From contig NW_024704744.1 in assembly GCF_018977255.1 (NCBI RefSeq), positions 46,190,001 through 46,254,000 on the forward strand: a stretch of DNA of 64,000 nt. The letters run 5' to 3'. The position numbers and the translations under genes were made by a program. Under the pieces are notes generated by a model that ran no database searches, was not told the origin of the DNA, and saw only the letters and a program-made list of their open reading frames with translations. The stretch comes from Callorhinchus milii (lineage: Eukaryota). This document shows positions 37,943-50,612 of this stretch, piece after piece (the stretch's first letter is position 1; every line of letters begins with the position of its first letter).

Positions 37943-38995
37943 AGTAAATAATACTTACATTTGATCTAGTGGTTTATCACATCATTGAGACGTCTCAAAG
38001 AGCTCAAAATATATTGACTATGTATTTGTAAGTGAACATATTGCTAGTTGGATTTCCATTCTGAAAGCAAAACTATACATGTGTCCACTGTAAATGTGAT
38101 TGACTGTGATTAATTTAAAAGTTAGTGAAGCTATTTCTACATCACGTTGGGCCATGCAAATGTTTATTTGAGTAGTTTATTTGAGAGGGATTATATTACA
38201 TCAGTGGGAACCTTGAGGCTGTCCATAACATCAAACGATATCTGGTTACTTTACCATCTCAATGGTGAAAGTTTAAAACAGGAAGGGTAAGTTAATACTA
38301 TTACAATATATTTCTTAAATATGTTTATTTAGAAAATGGAAATACAGGATGTTAGCACAAGGCACAGCAGCAAAATACAAAGTAGGATCAATCCCAGGAA
38401 ACAGACCAAGGAATTTCACATAAAACACTGAGTGCAGTTTTTAAAACTCCCCTGTAGATTAATGTCAGTGATTACAACATAGACCTTAACACTGATAAAT
38501 TTAAGAGCAGTCTGGAGAATATATTACCAGGGAGGAAGCTGTAAGAAGGATTGATAAACTTTGAGTTAAAGAACTGCTGGGAAAATGTATTAAACTGCGG
38601 CTAATTCTCAAAAATATAAACTAAATGTATAGTTAAAGGTGTGTTATTGTTATTCTTTAATGCTTAAAGATAAGGAAACAGCAAAAATGCAGCTTCCAAT
38701 TTCTTCCCAAATCCATTTAGTCTATTCTGTGCTATTTGGTATATTCTATTTTCTCAAGTACTTCTGGTCAAGCAAGTGTGTATGATGTTTTGAATTCCAA
38801 TTTAAACTTTCTCTGATTGTTCACTTGATAAAGCCACTACCTAGAATAAAACTAGGCAATACAACCCAGAAGGCTTGATGTCTAGCTTGTGCTGAGTTAG
38901 AAAATGCCATGCCAATCATAGTTGGAACACTGGTGACTTAACCGTCACCTTAGCAGTCTGAGCGTGAATAATGGACAATTGTGAGTAAGGTTGTA

Positions 38996-39113
38996 AGAAT
39001 TGTCGAAAATTCTCAAATCCAGTCCGAATTTGGACGCCAATGTTCTGACATTTTTATGAAGAATCAGCTTCCAAATTAAGCCTGAGTTTAAGAATTTTTT
39101 ACAAATCTGCCCC
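38996..39113. mobile_element. Palindromic MITE-like element, family copy 2
   Basis: Left gaattgtcgaaaattctcaaatccagtccgaatttgga pairs imperfectly with right tccaaattaagcctgagtttaagaattttttacaaatctgcccc. Confidence 0.75.
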
Positions 39114-39339
39114 ATATTACATTTTTAGAAAAATGTTTTTACAGATTAAAACTAGGTGGGATTTTGCACCCGAAGAGTTATATGCTAGCATGATATCAAA
39201 GATATTCTAGCTTCAAAGGGGAAAGGAAGAAAAAGGAAGGTTGCGCAAAAACAAGCTGTCAGCCTACCCTAAACAATGCTTTCAATACCAACAGTTTGAT
39301 TAACTAAAAGAAAGCAGAATCACAATTAGTGTAAGTGTG

Positions 39340-39712
39340 AGTTTAGCTTAGTAACTGTCTGGAGCAGGAGGTTATAGGTTCAAGTCTCATATTTGGACTT
39401 GAGCTTTTAGTCTAAGGTGACATTCCAATACTCAGGGAATGCTGCATTGTCGGAGATGTTCTTTGGATGAGACACTTAACTGAAGTCCAGTCTGCCGTCT
39501 TCAGGCAGATATTTAAAATCCCATGATTCTACATAAAAAGAAGGGAGTTTCTTCCAGTGTCCTGGTCAACAATACTCCAGATTAATTTGTGAAACCTTGC
39601 TCTGTGCAAAATGGCTGTTGTTGTTGCCAACAGAAACACTTGACAGTAATTACTGTAGAATGCTTTGAGACTCTTGATATAATAAGCTACTTTAAAAATG
39701 CAAAATCTTTCA
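39340..39712 (+). mobile_element. Deu SINE
   Basis: ggttataggttcaagtc head; gggaatgctgcattgtcggag; gggagtttcttccagtgtcctggtcaac. Confidence 0.8.
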
Positions 39713-40221
39713 TTGTAGGCATCAGTCAGCATTTGTGGCGTGCAGGTCATTCAAGCTATAATGCTGTTACTTTTCTGCATGAGAAAGTTCCACCTAGAAC
39801 CATTTTCTTCAAGCTTTTGTGGTAAAATTTAAAGGAAACACCAGTATCATACAGCACAGTGACGAAAACTGGGTTGTTTGTTTTCTTTCAATGAGTGGGA
39901 TTGAGCATGAGTTTTGATTGTTGAACTTGGCAAAGACTATTGGACAATCAATGCTATCTGTCCCCAGGAGGTTAAAGCAGATCAAAGTTTTTGCTGAAGA
40001 ATGAGCACCACATTTGACTCTTCCACTTTTTCAATTGGTTCACTGTGCATTGCTGACATTATCAGGCCATTATTAATAGCTATGAAGATCAGCATTACAC
40101 TGGGAACAATCACTAATGGGAACTGCTCTGTGCTTTCAATAATGCAAAAGAGGAAATATTCAAATTAAAGGAAATATCACTACAGAAATTACATTTAACC
40201 TCCCACAGCATACTAAGAATA

Positions 40222-40530
40222 CCAGTTACATTTTGATTCAGCTTCCACAATGTCAAAATGCCTCAAAATGCTTTGCAAAGGATTTTTGTAAAGTGCAATG
40301 ATTGTGTATTGGTAGGTGAACATGACAGCCAATTTGCCCAAAGCGATGACCCATAAACAACTATATTTATAAAATAATCCTTACATTTGAGCACCTATAA
40401 TGTTGAGATATTTCAAATTGCTTCATGGGTAATTGTGTATTTGCAATGCTTTGCATTGTGTAGGCAAACGCCAGCAGCCAATTTGCACACTGCAATTTCC
40501 CAAAATAGTCATAAGGTGAATGACCAAATA
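40222..40530 (-). mobile_element. Two tandem Deu SINE 3' fragments
   Basis: cagccaatttgc occurs at ~40327 and ~40475, each preceded by a reverse tail. Confidence 0.7.
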
Positions 40531-42271
40531 AAGTATTACTGAATGCCTATTATTGGCTGCATTCACACTGGAAGTTTTGATGTACAGATTATCTCTGCAC
40601 GTCTCCATAATACAATTTCTCATTCTCCCATCAGAATGTTACTGACACCATAAGAGCTTCTGGGTAAGTTGTGGCAATTCCTGTGTGTGGTCACGTTTTC
40701 CAATTCCCTTTTCAGCTTTGTTTTGTAGCTAATGGTCCAGTATTGAATAGTAAAATCAGTCCCCCACAACCAGCGGGGAAAGGGAGCTCTGGAGCTTTTG
40801 TTAGCTTCAGCAATTCAAGACTCGTGGTATTATTTACGTGTGGGACCACTGCTAATGTAATACTGAGGAGAGAAAATGTCTTTCCTTTTCAATGGCTTTG
40901 GCGATATTCATTCAGTGGTCTGTGTCATACAGTTGAGACTTCAGTTTCATAAAAATCTTGGGAGTTAAAGCCCCAATGCTTCTCCCTGCCAACTTGAAAA
41001 CCAGCTGCTGAAAATGTATTCCCATTTGAGCTCTGATATTCTTCTCTCTAGACACATACAATGGTAATGTGCTGTGCATCTTAAAGCATGGGACTTATGA
41101 TTGATCATTTGACATCAAGATGATGATCATATGCATATTTCTATACTAAATCACTGGGAGCTGGGGTTGGGGCATGGGGAGGATCAGCCAGATATCACCC
41201 AAGCTATATTTCCAGGAAACTTAGTCAAAACAGCAAAATGTAATTGTATTTTAAGTCACAAAAAGAGACATCTCCCCAATCCACTTCTTTTTGAACTGTT
41301 GCTAGATATTAGGAGCACAAGATAAAAACAGCACAGCGTTGCAACATTGAAGGCTTACAAGCTAGCGATTTGTATTAAGTATTGTCCCAAAGGAAGAGGC
41401 CAGGCTGAATTTAAATGGTGTGAAATTGGCCATAATTCTGATTGTTCTTTTCAAATCTCACAATTGTGTCCCAGTTGAGGAAGATTAGGTTTCTAAGGAA
41501 TTTGGCTTTAACTCTCACACAGGCAACTGTTTAATTAACCCACATGCACACTCACTACCAGTTCAATGTGAAAGACATGTAGGAGCTGTTTCTCCTTAAA
41601 ACAGGGCAGAGTATGATGTATCGTTCTTGCAATGCTGTAACTACATAATTATAAATAAAGAAAAACTTATTGTTCTGCCTGTCAAGCGAGCATGGGGCTC
41701 TGTTACGAAGAATTACAGGAGAAACTAATTGATTATGAGTTTTGAGACTCCAAGCACTTTAATCTGACTCATTGTCATGCCTTGAAGGCCCAGTTTGCAT
41801 CCTTTCTCTTACACTGTTGCATTTGACCTGACAACAATGAAAGAATAATGTGCTTCATTCTTGCTTTCCATCACTGCTTACAGAACTGATCCCGTGGCAG
41901 TGGTTTTAGACAGACATAATTAATCGCTCATCTTCCCTCCGCCACATCTATACATCACCCTGGCAGCTGGAACTGCCTCTCGCTTAAAAGGCATCACTTT
42001 CATGAGGCGCTTGTCTGATGTTCAGATATGACCACAGGCAGAGATTTGTAATATGTTGAATCACTTTAAATACCAGGGTGGAGATATTCTGCACACACAC
42101 AATCTAACCTACCTTTCCAGGATATCAGTAGATGGCTCTGCAAATCTCAGTGGTTGAAACAATAAAGTAGAGATTCTGTTGCACAGAATGAAATGTGTGT
42201 CGTTTTACTCCAAGGCGTCAGAGACATTGAAATTATCTCTGCATATATGTTGCACCATTTTCTCAACATCA

Positions 42272-42445
42272 ACTTGGCTCGGTCGGTAGCACTCTCATCT
42301 ATGAGTCAGAAGGTTATGGGTTCAAGCTCCATTTCAGGATTTAAGCACCTGAGGGAGTGCTGCATTGTCAGAGCTATAATCTTTTGGATGAGATGTTAAC
42401 CGAGGCTGTCTGCTTGTCTTCAGGTGGATACTAAACATCCCAAGA
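42272..42445 (+). mobile_element. Deu SINE 5' half
   Basis: tggctcggtcggtagcactctc..gagtcagaaggttatgggttcaag..gagggagtgctgcattgtcagag. Confidence 0.85.
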
Positions 42446-43274
42446 TATAATTCTCAGTTTGCCATCATCTTCTATAAAGATTTGGCATCTTCAAGGGGAA
42501 AATCAGGTCAGTATGGAATATTTTGTGGATGTGCTAGATGGACCAACTTCTACTTGAAACTGTTACTGTGTTACTAAGATCACTCAAACTTAGCAGCAAA
42601 AGAACCATGCCGTTTCGCAAGATGAACAGCCAAATTGAGGTGTGCACTGTGTTGAATGCATTCTTGAGTCAATCATAATTGATATTATAATTTTTTTTTA
42701 CATTGGTTAGTAAGTTGATTTCAGCCATGGTGGAACCGGATGTTACAATTATCTTAACACCCCTTAGATAAGGAGTAGGAAAATCAGTCAATGGTTTATG
42801 TTTGCTGTAGAGCAACAGTTATTAGAGGTGTACATGTGTTTGTCTTTCTCCTCCTCTAACTAGATTATAGCAGCAACAATAAAAGCAAATGACATTTGCA
42901 ACAGGACCTATCAACAACACTCAGTAACCGATCACGGAACTCCTCACACCTATCACTATCTTCCTTGAGGACCCAATTTTGACGCTGCTAATTCTTCACT
43001 TTTACAATGTATCTATTTGTGTTTCCATTGACTGTTTTGCATGTGCAGTGTCAGGAGAGGGGGAAGTAATCCCCCAATTCTCTCCCTCCCTGGCCTCAGC
43101 ACCGTAGTAACACTCGAGGGAATCGCTGTCCTGAAAAGCCATTTGAGTACAGCAAAGGAACATACTGAGTAAATGAGATGAGTATTCTGTAAAACAGCAC
43201 CCAATGCCTCCTCAAGATGTCAGGTTGGATACCCAGGTGAAGCTGTGACATTGGGAAAACAACTAATATTCCAA

Positions 43275-43810
43275 TACCCTCAATGGTCTCCCCAGCTCCA
43301 CCGTACACAAAATTCAATTAATTCAGAACTCCGCCGCCTGAATACTCACCCGCACAAAACACTGTACCCCCATCAGACCATTTCTAGCCAGGCTGCACTG
43401 GCTCCCAATTACCAAATGGATTGACTTCAAGATCCTCTCACTTGTTTTCAAATCCTACCTATGCGATTTGCTTATCACCCCCCCCACTCCATTACCCGCT
43501 GCCTCCGTTCGGCCAGGTTCCGGCTTCCTGTTCGTTCCTTGCCCCTTCCGCTCCGCCATTAGCGGCCATGCTTTCAGCCACTACGCACCAAAGCTCTGGA
43601 ACTCTCTCCCTCAATCCATCAATCTCTCCACCTTGCCCCCTCCTTCCCCACCTTCAAATCCCACCTAAAGACCTTCCTTTTTGATCACGCTTACGGTCAC
43701 CTCCGTCCTCCCTCTCCTCCTGGCTTGTTGTCAGACTCCGGCACTGTCAAGTGCTCCGGGATGCTTACTGCATGAAGGATGCTATATAAATGCAAGCCAT
43801 TGTTGTTGTT
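43275..43810 (+). mobile_element. L2 3' fragment
   Basis: QLIQNSAA, ARLHWLPI..IDFKIL, GHAFSHYAPKLWNSLPQS; tail ctatataaatgcaagccattgttgttgtt. Confidence 0.92.
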
Positions 43811-43879
43811 AACTGAAGAGTGTCAAACTTTCATATTTGCCAAACAGGGAAGCAACAACATAAGGAACAGGGTAAGAAC

Positions 43880-44080
43880 ATAGGTTCAGGGTTGTGAAAA
43901 GCATGTCACTAGCATTGATATTCTGGAAAAGAAGACTGGTTGAGAACAGGACTCTAGGCTCATTTAAAAACACAGCTTGATGATGTGATGGGAGGCTGGG
44001 AGGGTGGGTATTCTGGAGAGATTAGATCAGATGGGCCAAAGGGCTTTCTTCATTCCAAACAAATCTCGTGATCATGTGAA
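43880..44080 (+). mobile_element. CR1 3'UTR fragment
   Basis: agatcagatgggccaaagggctttcttcattccaaacaaatctcgtgatcatgtg. Confidence 0.75.
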
Positions 44081-44175
44081 GAATAAGATGAAAGGGCTTT
44101 CTTCATCTGTGCCTCTGGATAAACCAATAATGCAAATCTTCGCCAACCTACATTAATGAATACACATATCAATAC

Positions 44176-44219
44176 TATAAAAGATCTTACAGGTATACGT
44201 GCCTGTAAGATCTTTTATA
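44176..44219. repeat. Perfect 18-bp-arm inverted repeat
   Basis: tataaaagatcttacagg-tatacgtg-cctgtaagatcttttata. Confidence 0.95.
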
Positions 44220-44234
44220 TCTTTTATATATACA

Positions 44235-44665
44235 CCTGTCTCAGGTGCAGGCTCTCCCACCACTGAGTGAAAAGATTATAGATTCAAACTCCATGTCAGG
44301 AATCACAATCTAAGTTTCCACTTGAATACAGTGCTGGGAGTGTGATGCATTGTTGGAGGTACCATAATTTAGGTGAGGCATTAAACTGAGTTTTGTCTGT
44401 CTGTTCAGGGGGATCTTAAAGATCCAATGGCACTACTCAAATAAAGAAGGGGTTTTCTCCCAGTGTCCTAGTCAACAATCCCACAGATAAAGTTGGTCAT
44501 TTCACTTTGTGGTGGTTTGTGGGTCATTGCTATGCTCAAATTGACTGCCATATTTTCCTATAAAATACACAGTGACTACACATTGCAAAAACTCCCGTGA
44601 AGCACTTTGAGACAACCAACTGACGTGATAACACTGTATCAAATGCAACAATTATTTGATTATTA
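44235..44665 (+). mobile_element. Deu SINE, near full length
   Basis: gatcttaaagatccaatggcactactc..tttgtgggtcattgctatgc..atcaaatgcaa. Confidence 0.85.
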
Positions 44666-44741
44666 CCATAAATTTATTTAAAATCATAGTTTTAGGTTGC
44701 CTCCTTCATCTTGGATATTTATTTCTATGTTGTGATATCGT

Positions 44742-45071
44742 ATAATAATAATAATCATAATAATAATCCTTGCATTTGATATAGCGCTTTTCACATCTTC
44801 TAGATGTCCCAAAGCGCTTCACAGAATATACTGTAAAGTGAATTAACTGTATATTTGTGGGCAAACGAGGCAGCCAATTGCGCACAGCAATGTCCCACAA
44901 ACAGTCGTAGATTGAAAATGACCAATTTATCATTGTTTTGTTTTGGAGGTATTATTATTAGGCGTGTGGAGTAAGGAAACTTGCCCAAGGTTTCGCCCTC
45001 TGCCTGAAATTAAACTCAGGTCTCTCACTTGCAAAGCGAGTGCTCTAACCACTGAGCTACAGGACTCCACG
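44742..45071 (-). mobile_element. tRNA-derived SINE, young short form, full length
   Basis: Reverse head ggagtcctgtagctcagtggttagagcactcgctttgcaag; (aat)n tail. Confidence 0.95.
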
Positions 45072-45384
45072 TATAGTTGAAGTGCTCTGGGACTCTACCC
45101 CACGTGAAAGGCACTATATAAATGCAAGTTGTTGTTGTTGTAGTGCTCACAATTCTCATTTGGTTGAGGTATCTATCAATTAATTATCCTTGTATGTGAT
45201 ACAGCTCCTTATCTATTGTTGAGAAGTCACAAAGATCTTCACCAGATATATTGTAAAGTAATGAGTATTTTCAGTGTTTACTTCTTTCCAATTGCTAATC
45301 AGTAGAAATCTGACCTCTACAAGTTAGCAATCGAGTGTGTTTTATGCAATATATTAATATACTGTTTTCTCAAATTCACGTTCG

Positions 45385-45403
45385 CCCCCCCCCCCCCCCC
45401 CCC
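45385..45403. repeat. poly-C run (19 nt) inside a SINE 3' fragment
   Basis: Replaces the gccc of the gttcgcccacaaaatac motif; SINE tail follows to ~45505. Confidence 0.85.
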
Positions 45404-47691
45404 AGAATACAGTCACTACACTTTACAGTATATCCTGGAAGCACTTTCAGATGTCCTCCTGACATAAAAGGCGCTATACCAAATGTAAAAATTATTAGGA
45501 TTATTTTTCATGCTGTATAAAGGATACAGATACATCATTTCATAAAAAAATGTTCCCTTTGAGATTGCTCTTTGTTGGATAGACAATGCTTATTTTCGTT
45601 TATTCTTCAATCTGTTAAAATGAAATGCTTTTTTCACCCTTGTTTCTTCAAACTGGCTATGAACCTCAATCACAGTTGCTGCAGTTTGACTCACTTTGAC
45701 TAGTTTGAGGTTTCTTTTATTTGAAAGTAGGTTTTGTTGATTTTTACAACAAAACTGGATTCTGCCCCAAACTCTTTTTTTTCTTTTTGGACTCCTTCCA
45801 GTTCACTCCCTCCTCAAGCTCCTCTGGTCTCCCATGGGAAGTAAAAATGTATAATCTTAATAGCATATTGCATTCTAAAGGAGACTTGGCTTCTGAGGAC
45901 TTCACTGTATCAAGGCATCTGAAACATGTTTACCAGAAATCAAACGTCTTCTTGATCGCAGACCGAGCACTACAATCTACCTCATTAATTTTTTCTATAC
46001 TGTTGGAGTCGGAGAGATGTGAAATTTGTTAGCCAATTTGTGTTGTTCCTTGGAAACAGAATTATTCATCGTTAAGAGTTTCCAAAATTTTTATTTTGCA
46101 TTCGGTGAAAAGCATTTATGATTATGAGACGAAGCATCACTTAAGTGTTGAATCCATTGTGTCAGGACATGAGCAAAGCCCAATTTAGCTATGGTGGCCT
46201 CTGTTCTTTGACTTGTTGCTTTGTAAACCTGCAGTTTGACTAATACTGTGCAACTTTATAATATACTCTTCTCATGTAAACTTTCCTCTATCGGCAAGAA
46301 GGCAGATCTTTATTGAGAGTGGACCACTGCCAATGCTGTTTGTTGGGAGATAGTAAGGACTACCAGAAGTGACTCTCCCCTGTAAGGAAATGCTTTCAGC
46401 CTCTGCTCAGCTTCTCTGCACTGTAAGTGGCTCAGATTGAGAATCCATATTCATCCCACTCCATTGGTTGGATGAGCATTGCTAAATGTTCAACCACTGC
46501 ATCTCCAGTAAACCCACATTTGGAGAGTTCTTCAATTATTCAGTGTACAAGAACATGAGTAGGGAATGTTCCACAGGTGGAAAAAACAATCTTTTCTATG
46601 AACTAAATTTGGGGTTTGCAACAGATCTCAGAGTGGAGCAAAACATCAGCATAGGATCTAAATTACAGTGATTCTTAGCAGAACTCTGTTAACAGAAACA
46701 ATGACACTTGGTAGCTGAAATACATCACTCTTAACCTGCTGGAGCTCTGAAGTGGATTGTGCCTCAATTTAGATCCCAATGAATTAGGATGGATTAATTA
46801 TGTAAATCTTTTTAAATCGTTGTAAACTTCTAACATGTAATCCAGCTATCCATTCCTGTTTTATCCTAATTAATTGCTTCTTATTCCTGGCCTCCAACTT
46901 TGCATTAATAGCTCCTCATTCTTGACTGAAAAAATGCAAGTTGTTGTTGAATTTCCTTACAGTGAGTACTTTCCAAGCTTCTCTCCCTGAGATTGAAGCT
47001 AACTTCATCATTGCTATTTTTTGCTCCCACAAAACAAACACTGGCATTTCCAAGGCCACAACCAACCTCCCACAGAAATACAGTGGCTACCAAAAATCAT
47101 AAATAATGTCTAGGAATTTACAAATAATCTCTGAAACATCTACACGCCCAGCACTTGTGAAACCTGATAAATTTGTTTTTCTATGCAAACATTTCTGTTG
47201 CCATGCCAGGTGGTACTTTCTACAGATTGATAGATAATAAAGTTGCTTTACGTTACACTCCAATCTCCATAATAAGCCTCTCAAGATGCAACACTCCTAA
47301 ATTTCCCATGTCATAGATTATGAATTTCAATGTTAAATTTCATGCTAGTTTATGGGAAATACACTGAAGTGCACATCTTGTTATAACATGCAGAATACGT
47401 GACTTGGGAGGACTGTCTTGCAATGAGGGTGGAGTGCACCTTTAGTATTCCTTTTGTTCCTTCTTCAACTTAAATTAATATCCTGTCAAAAAGTTGATAA
47501 AAAATCAGAAAGCAGCAGTAATTAATTGGTAAAGCATCCCTGTAATTCTGCCAATAGTCTGAAAATTTATTGAATAAGGATAAGACTATACGTCTCCCCC
47601 ATTTCTTTATTTCTCTCTCTTTACCACTCGGGATCTGTCCCCCACTTTCTCTTTAGTTCTCTGTGTTTCCCTATCTCAGACTTCAATTTAA

Positions 47692-47792
47692 AGTTCGCCC
47701 ACAAAACATCCAGTCAATTCACTATTCTTTGAAGCGCTTTGAGACGTCTCAACGACGTGATAAGGCTCTATATCCAATGCAAGGATTCTTAT
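47692..47792 (+). mobile_element. SINE 3' fragment
   Basis: gaagcgctttgagacgtctcaacgacgtgataaggctctatatccaatgcaaggatt. Confidence 0.85.
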
Positions 47793-48779
47793 AAAGCAAA
47801 CGTCTTGAGTTTGTGGTTAAAATAAAATCATGACTGGTACAAAACAAAGAAAAATGCAAAGATCTGTTTTTGAAAAATAGATATTCAGTAATATGATAGG
47901 TCTGTTTATCCTTTTATCCCATGCAAAATGCTAAGTGTACTAGTTGGTATGAAAAGCCTCAAAGTCAATGAGTCAGAAAATCAGAATGCAAGGTATCGGG
48001 GTAGAAATTGCACCTAAGCCAAAGTTCACTCTGTTAACGTAGTATTTCAGAGTGGGCAGAATTTGGAAAACTATTGAATTCAGTCTTAAATTTGAAGTCC
48101 ATTTTCTGTTTCTTAAAAGTAAATCCTGTGAAGCACTTCGAGATCTTCTCCTGACATGAAAGGCGTTACATCAAATACAACGATTATTAATATTATTATT
48201 AACAGCAATTTTAGAACAAGTAATAAAATTACAAAAATTGTTTGTCAATATGCTTTAAAATATATAAGAAAATGGTAAAAAAAAACACATGAGGTACAGA
48301 GAGATTTTGACTTTGGTTGTTGATAATAATGAAGTTTTGTGATTAAACTCTGAAAGTTCATATTGATTTTCTCTGTCTGTCCCTCTTATCTTCACATGCA
48401 ATGTAGACAGCCACTGCACTTCACAATAAATCCTGTGAGGCAGTTTCAGATGTTCAAGGATTATTATAATTTACATCTGTCTCTCTGTCATTCTGTTCTT
48501 CCCTCTTTCCCTAATATGCCTTTCAAATCTTTATGTCAAACACCTCTCCCAAAACAGGCAAACTGGGATGCAAAAAGCCAACATTTCACTATAGATTTGA
48601 TGTGATAAATTTCCGTCCCTTTCTACCAGAGTATATACAACATTAACAACAACAACAACTTGCATTTATATAGTGCCCTTCTCCCGGGCAGAGTGTCGGA
48701 GTGCGTGAAATGCTCTGAAAAACACGTGATCAGTCTTGTGGAAATAAAGTTGCCACTGAAAAAATCTATTGATAGTCCC

Positions 48780-49022
48780 AGAACCCCCACAGGGCGAAAT
48801 GTTGGGCAACTTTCCTTACTGCACACGCCTCTGTTTACCTAGCAGTAAATAGGAACTTGGTTGTTAGTCGATTGGCGGATCGCTTTTCGATTGTTAATAA
48901 TTACTTAAAAAAAATTGGACACTTCAATCCATGACTGTTTGTGGGACACTGCTGTGAAGCACTTTGAGACCTTTCAAAGTCGTGATAAGGCGCTATATCA
49001 AATGCAAGGATTATTATTATTA
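48780..49022 (+). mobile_element. tRNA-derived SINE long form, 5'-truncated and internally deleted
   Basis: cagggcgaaatgttgggcaactttccttactgcacacgcctctgtttacctagcagtaaataggaac; (att)n tail. Confidence 0.88.
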
Positions 49023-49560
49023 TACACAAGTAACACATAGTTGCTCAAAGGTTGTGCAATGCTACATTTCTTACTTGAGCCCAATCTTCCATGAATTAAA
49101 TAAGAAAAAATAAAATTACTTCATTTTTAAACCTCAACTCTCCGATTTCTGCTTACCTGAATCAAACATGTATTATTTAGATTATCTGTGTTTTAATGCT
49201 TGTATCTCCCAGCACCTTGGGACATCCTCCTTACGTGAAAGGCGCTATACAAATGTAATTTTGTATTGTATTTTGCAATCTATCAACCACTTCTTTTCTT
49301 GCTGCTGCGTTAACAAATACAGGCCAACACAAATGGAGGGATGCCCACTTGACATTTAAGTTGCAATTAACACATTGTTTACATGAAAAATCACTAAAAT
49401 CTCAAAATTGGGGAGTAGGAAGTTGTAGACATTGAGATGCTCTTTGTGCTATTTGGCAAATTTACTGCCAAACCCATAGGAATCACATTCAGCACATTCC
49501 CAAATAGACTATTCCTGATGGAAAGCTAAGCCATTGAATGGAGAATTTGTTGATATCGCA

Positions 49561-49815
49561 TAATAATAGTAATAATAATAATCCTTGCATTTGATATAGC
49601 ACCTTATCAAGTTGTTGAGACATCTCAAAGCACTTCACAGAACATACTGTAAACTGAAACAAAAATAGAGAGAGCTGAGAAAACTCAGCATCTATGGAGA
49701 AAGGAAAGTGAGTCAGCGTTTCGGATCTACAACCCTTCGTCAGAACGTTCTGCAGTATTTTGCGTTTTGATACTGTAAACTGAATTGACTGTATAATTTG
49801 CGGGCAACACGAGGT
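49561..49815 (-). mobile_element. SINE 3' fragment hosting a Penelope-like insert
   Basis: aataatccttgcatttgatatagcacc..atactgtaaactgaa[insert]atactgtaaactgaattgactgtat. Confidence 0.88.
49659..49769 (-). mobile_element. Penelope-like (PLE) terminal-repeat fragment with minimal hammerhead ribozyme core
   Basis: 15-bp TSD (49644-49658 / 49770-49784); minus strand gttCTGACGAagggttgtagatccGAAAcgctgactc; fold-back junction cagaacgttctg. Confidence 0.75.
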
Positions 49816-49979
49816 GTGATGAGATGTGAGATATTGCATTAATTTTCAACCTCCTTTTACCAACTATGTGGCCAGTGAATCCGTAATGGCAAGTTACCAA
49901 AGTCTGAAATGAAGACGGGCGAGGATTTTGATGGTGGAAAACAGGCATCCGCATTGGCTAGGAAGCAGTACAACAGAAT

Positions 49980-50612
49980 AAATAATAATAGATAATCTTT
50001 GCATTTAATATAGCACCTTATCACATCTTCAAGATGTCTCAAAGTGCTTCACAGAATATATTGCAAAGTGAATTGATTATATTTTGTAGAATAAAATTTA
50101 CATTTATATGATCCTTTTGGCCAGGCTGCAGAATTCTGGACAGTCTGTAGCATGTGTAGGGAAGAGGTGTGTTTGCAAACATCGACCTGAACTGGTAGAC
50201 TGGACCTTGGTTTAATGTGGCCTTCTTCTGTGATGCAAACTTCCAGGTTGATGTTTCTCATGTCCTCATCCACACTTTCAAATCTCTGTATGGTCTTTCC
50301 CTACACTACTTCTACAACCTCCTCAAACAGTACCCACTCGGCTGTTTCCTTCACTCAGTGGGCACTGGCCTGCTTCAGGTCCCCTACTATCAGTGGTTGG
50401 ACGTACAGCCTAACCTCCCTCATTCTCTGGAGTCCCTTGCTTCCTCAAGGTCTGCCTCACAACTTTCTTCTTTGACTGTGCCTTTGGTCATCTTTCCTCA
50501 CCCCTCTCCGTTCCCACCCTCAGCTCAAATGCCAAGCCAGAACTGATGAGCACTTTGGGATGTCCTTCTGACTTGAAAGGTGCTCTATAAATGTAAATAT
50601 CTACCTGTATTG
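49980..50612. mobile_element. Mosaic of reverse Deu SINE, reverse L2 piece and forward L2 3' end
   Basis: SINE tail 49980-50090; reverse SSLHMLQTVQNSAA at 50120-50170; forward VLIHTFKSLYG through tail gaaaggtgctctataaatgtaaa. Confidence 0.75.
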
